Part shown: one piece after another, positions 63,767 to 64,000 of the stretch
How positions within the stretch are numbered: the stretch's first letter is position 1
How the letters are laid out: each line of letters begins with the position of its first letter
Source of the DNA: Octopus vulgaris
Lineage: Eukaryota
Reading direction: 5' to 3'
NCBI GenBank assembly: GCA_951406725.2
Contig: OX597830.1
Location: 46,314,001 to 46,378,000, forward strand
DNA length: 64,000 nucleotides
Translations under genes and position numbers: made by a program
Notes under the pieces: model-generated
Databases searched by the model: none
The model's input: the letters and a program-made list of their open reading frames with translations, nothing else
Told to the model about the DNA's origin: nothing

Positions 63767-64000
63767 TTAGGCTGGACTGTTGAACTTGTAGACATAGTTG
63801 ATGTACTGCTTGGTGGTGTGTAGAGGCTGCCGTTGGTCCGTTGGTCGCGTAGTGTTCATACAGCAATGATGTAGAGAAGCATCTGGTGGAGAAGATGAAA
63901 GCAGAAACTGGCTGGTGTCAAATACATCATTGTCGGAGATGAGTTGTGTGTGGTCAGTAGCATGTGCCAAAGACAAAGTGTAGTCGAGAACTGTCATTCT
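63767..64000 (-). CDS. Possible C-terminal coding segment entering from the window edge (host last exon or retroelement ORF tail)
   Basis: Unique sequence, more GC-rich than its surroundings, open from 64000 to TAA at 63767-63769. No recognised domain. Confidence 0.25.
   Translation of the reverse strand, partial: RMTVLDYTLSLAHATDHTQLISDNDVFDTSQFLLSSSPPDASLHHCCMNTTRPTDQRQPLHTTKQYINYVYKFNSPA

Noticed and set aside
1-64000. Most ORFs in the six-frame track (HTHTHT, YIYIYI, CVCVCV, SLSLSL, and the recurring 'RRHLPKVPRSGTEPGTMW' and 'GHAGAPP' peptides)
   Set aside because: They are translations of microsatellites and SINE family A, not genes.

Overview
AT-rich, microsatellite-saturated eukaryotic DNA. 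The repeat content points to a cephalopod genome, most likely Octopus (inference): tRNA-headed SINEs with internal (TA)n/(TG)n and GAGTAAAA tails, RTE LINE tails ending in (GAT)n, and abundant (TA)/(CA)/(GA)/(AAT)n. There are no prokaryotic features, and almost all ORFs in the track are microsatellite or SINE artefacts. Most of the window looks like long introns filled with SINEs (at least 4 families), decayed LINE 3' fragments (RTE, CR1-like, Tx1/L1-like), two internally deleted mariner relics, and many hAT- and piggyBac-type MITEs, several with exact TSDs. The best host-gene signal is a minus-strand pair of splice-flanked exons (24843/24810-24778 and 18626-18482). They join in frame and encode a signal-peptide-like N-terminus. 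By eye, CpG is depleted over about 1-31 kb and 33.6-54.4 kb but retained at about 31.05-32.5 kb and beyond about 54.5 kb. This suggests a methylated gene body with unmethylated promoter islands. Notable structures are three long fold-back hairpins (20513-20735, 26431-26678, 31991-32195), Penelope-type minimal hammerhead-ribozyme relics, and a dimeric SINE with a 14-bp TSD. I found no convincing evidence of a wholly new multi-gene system. All calls were made by eye, without database searches.
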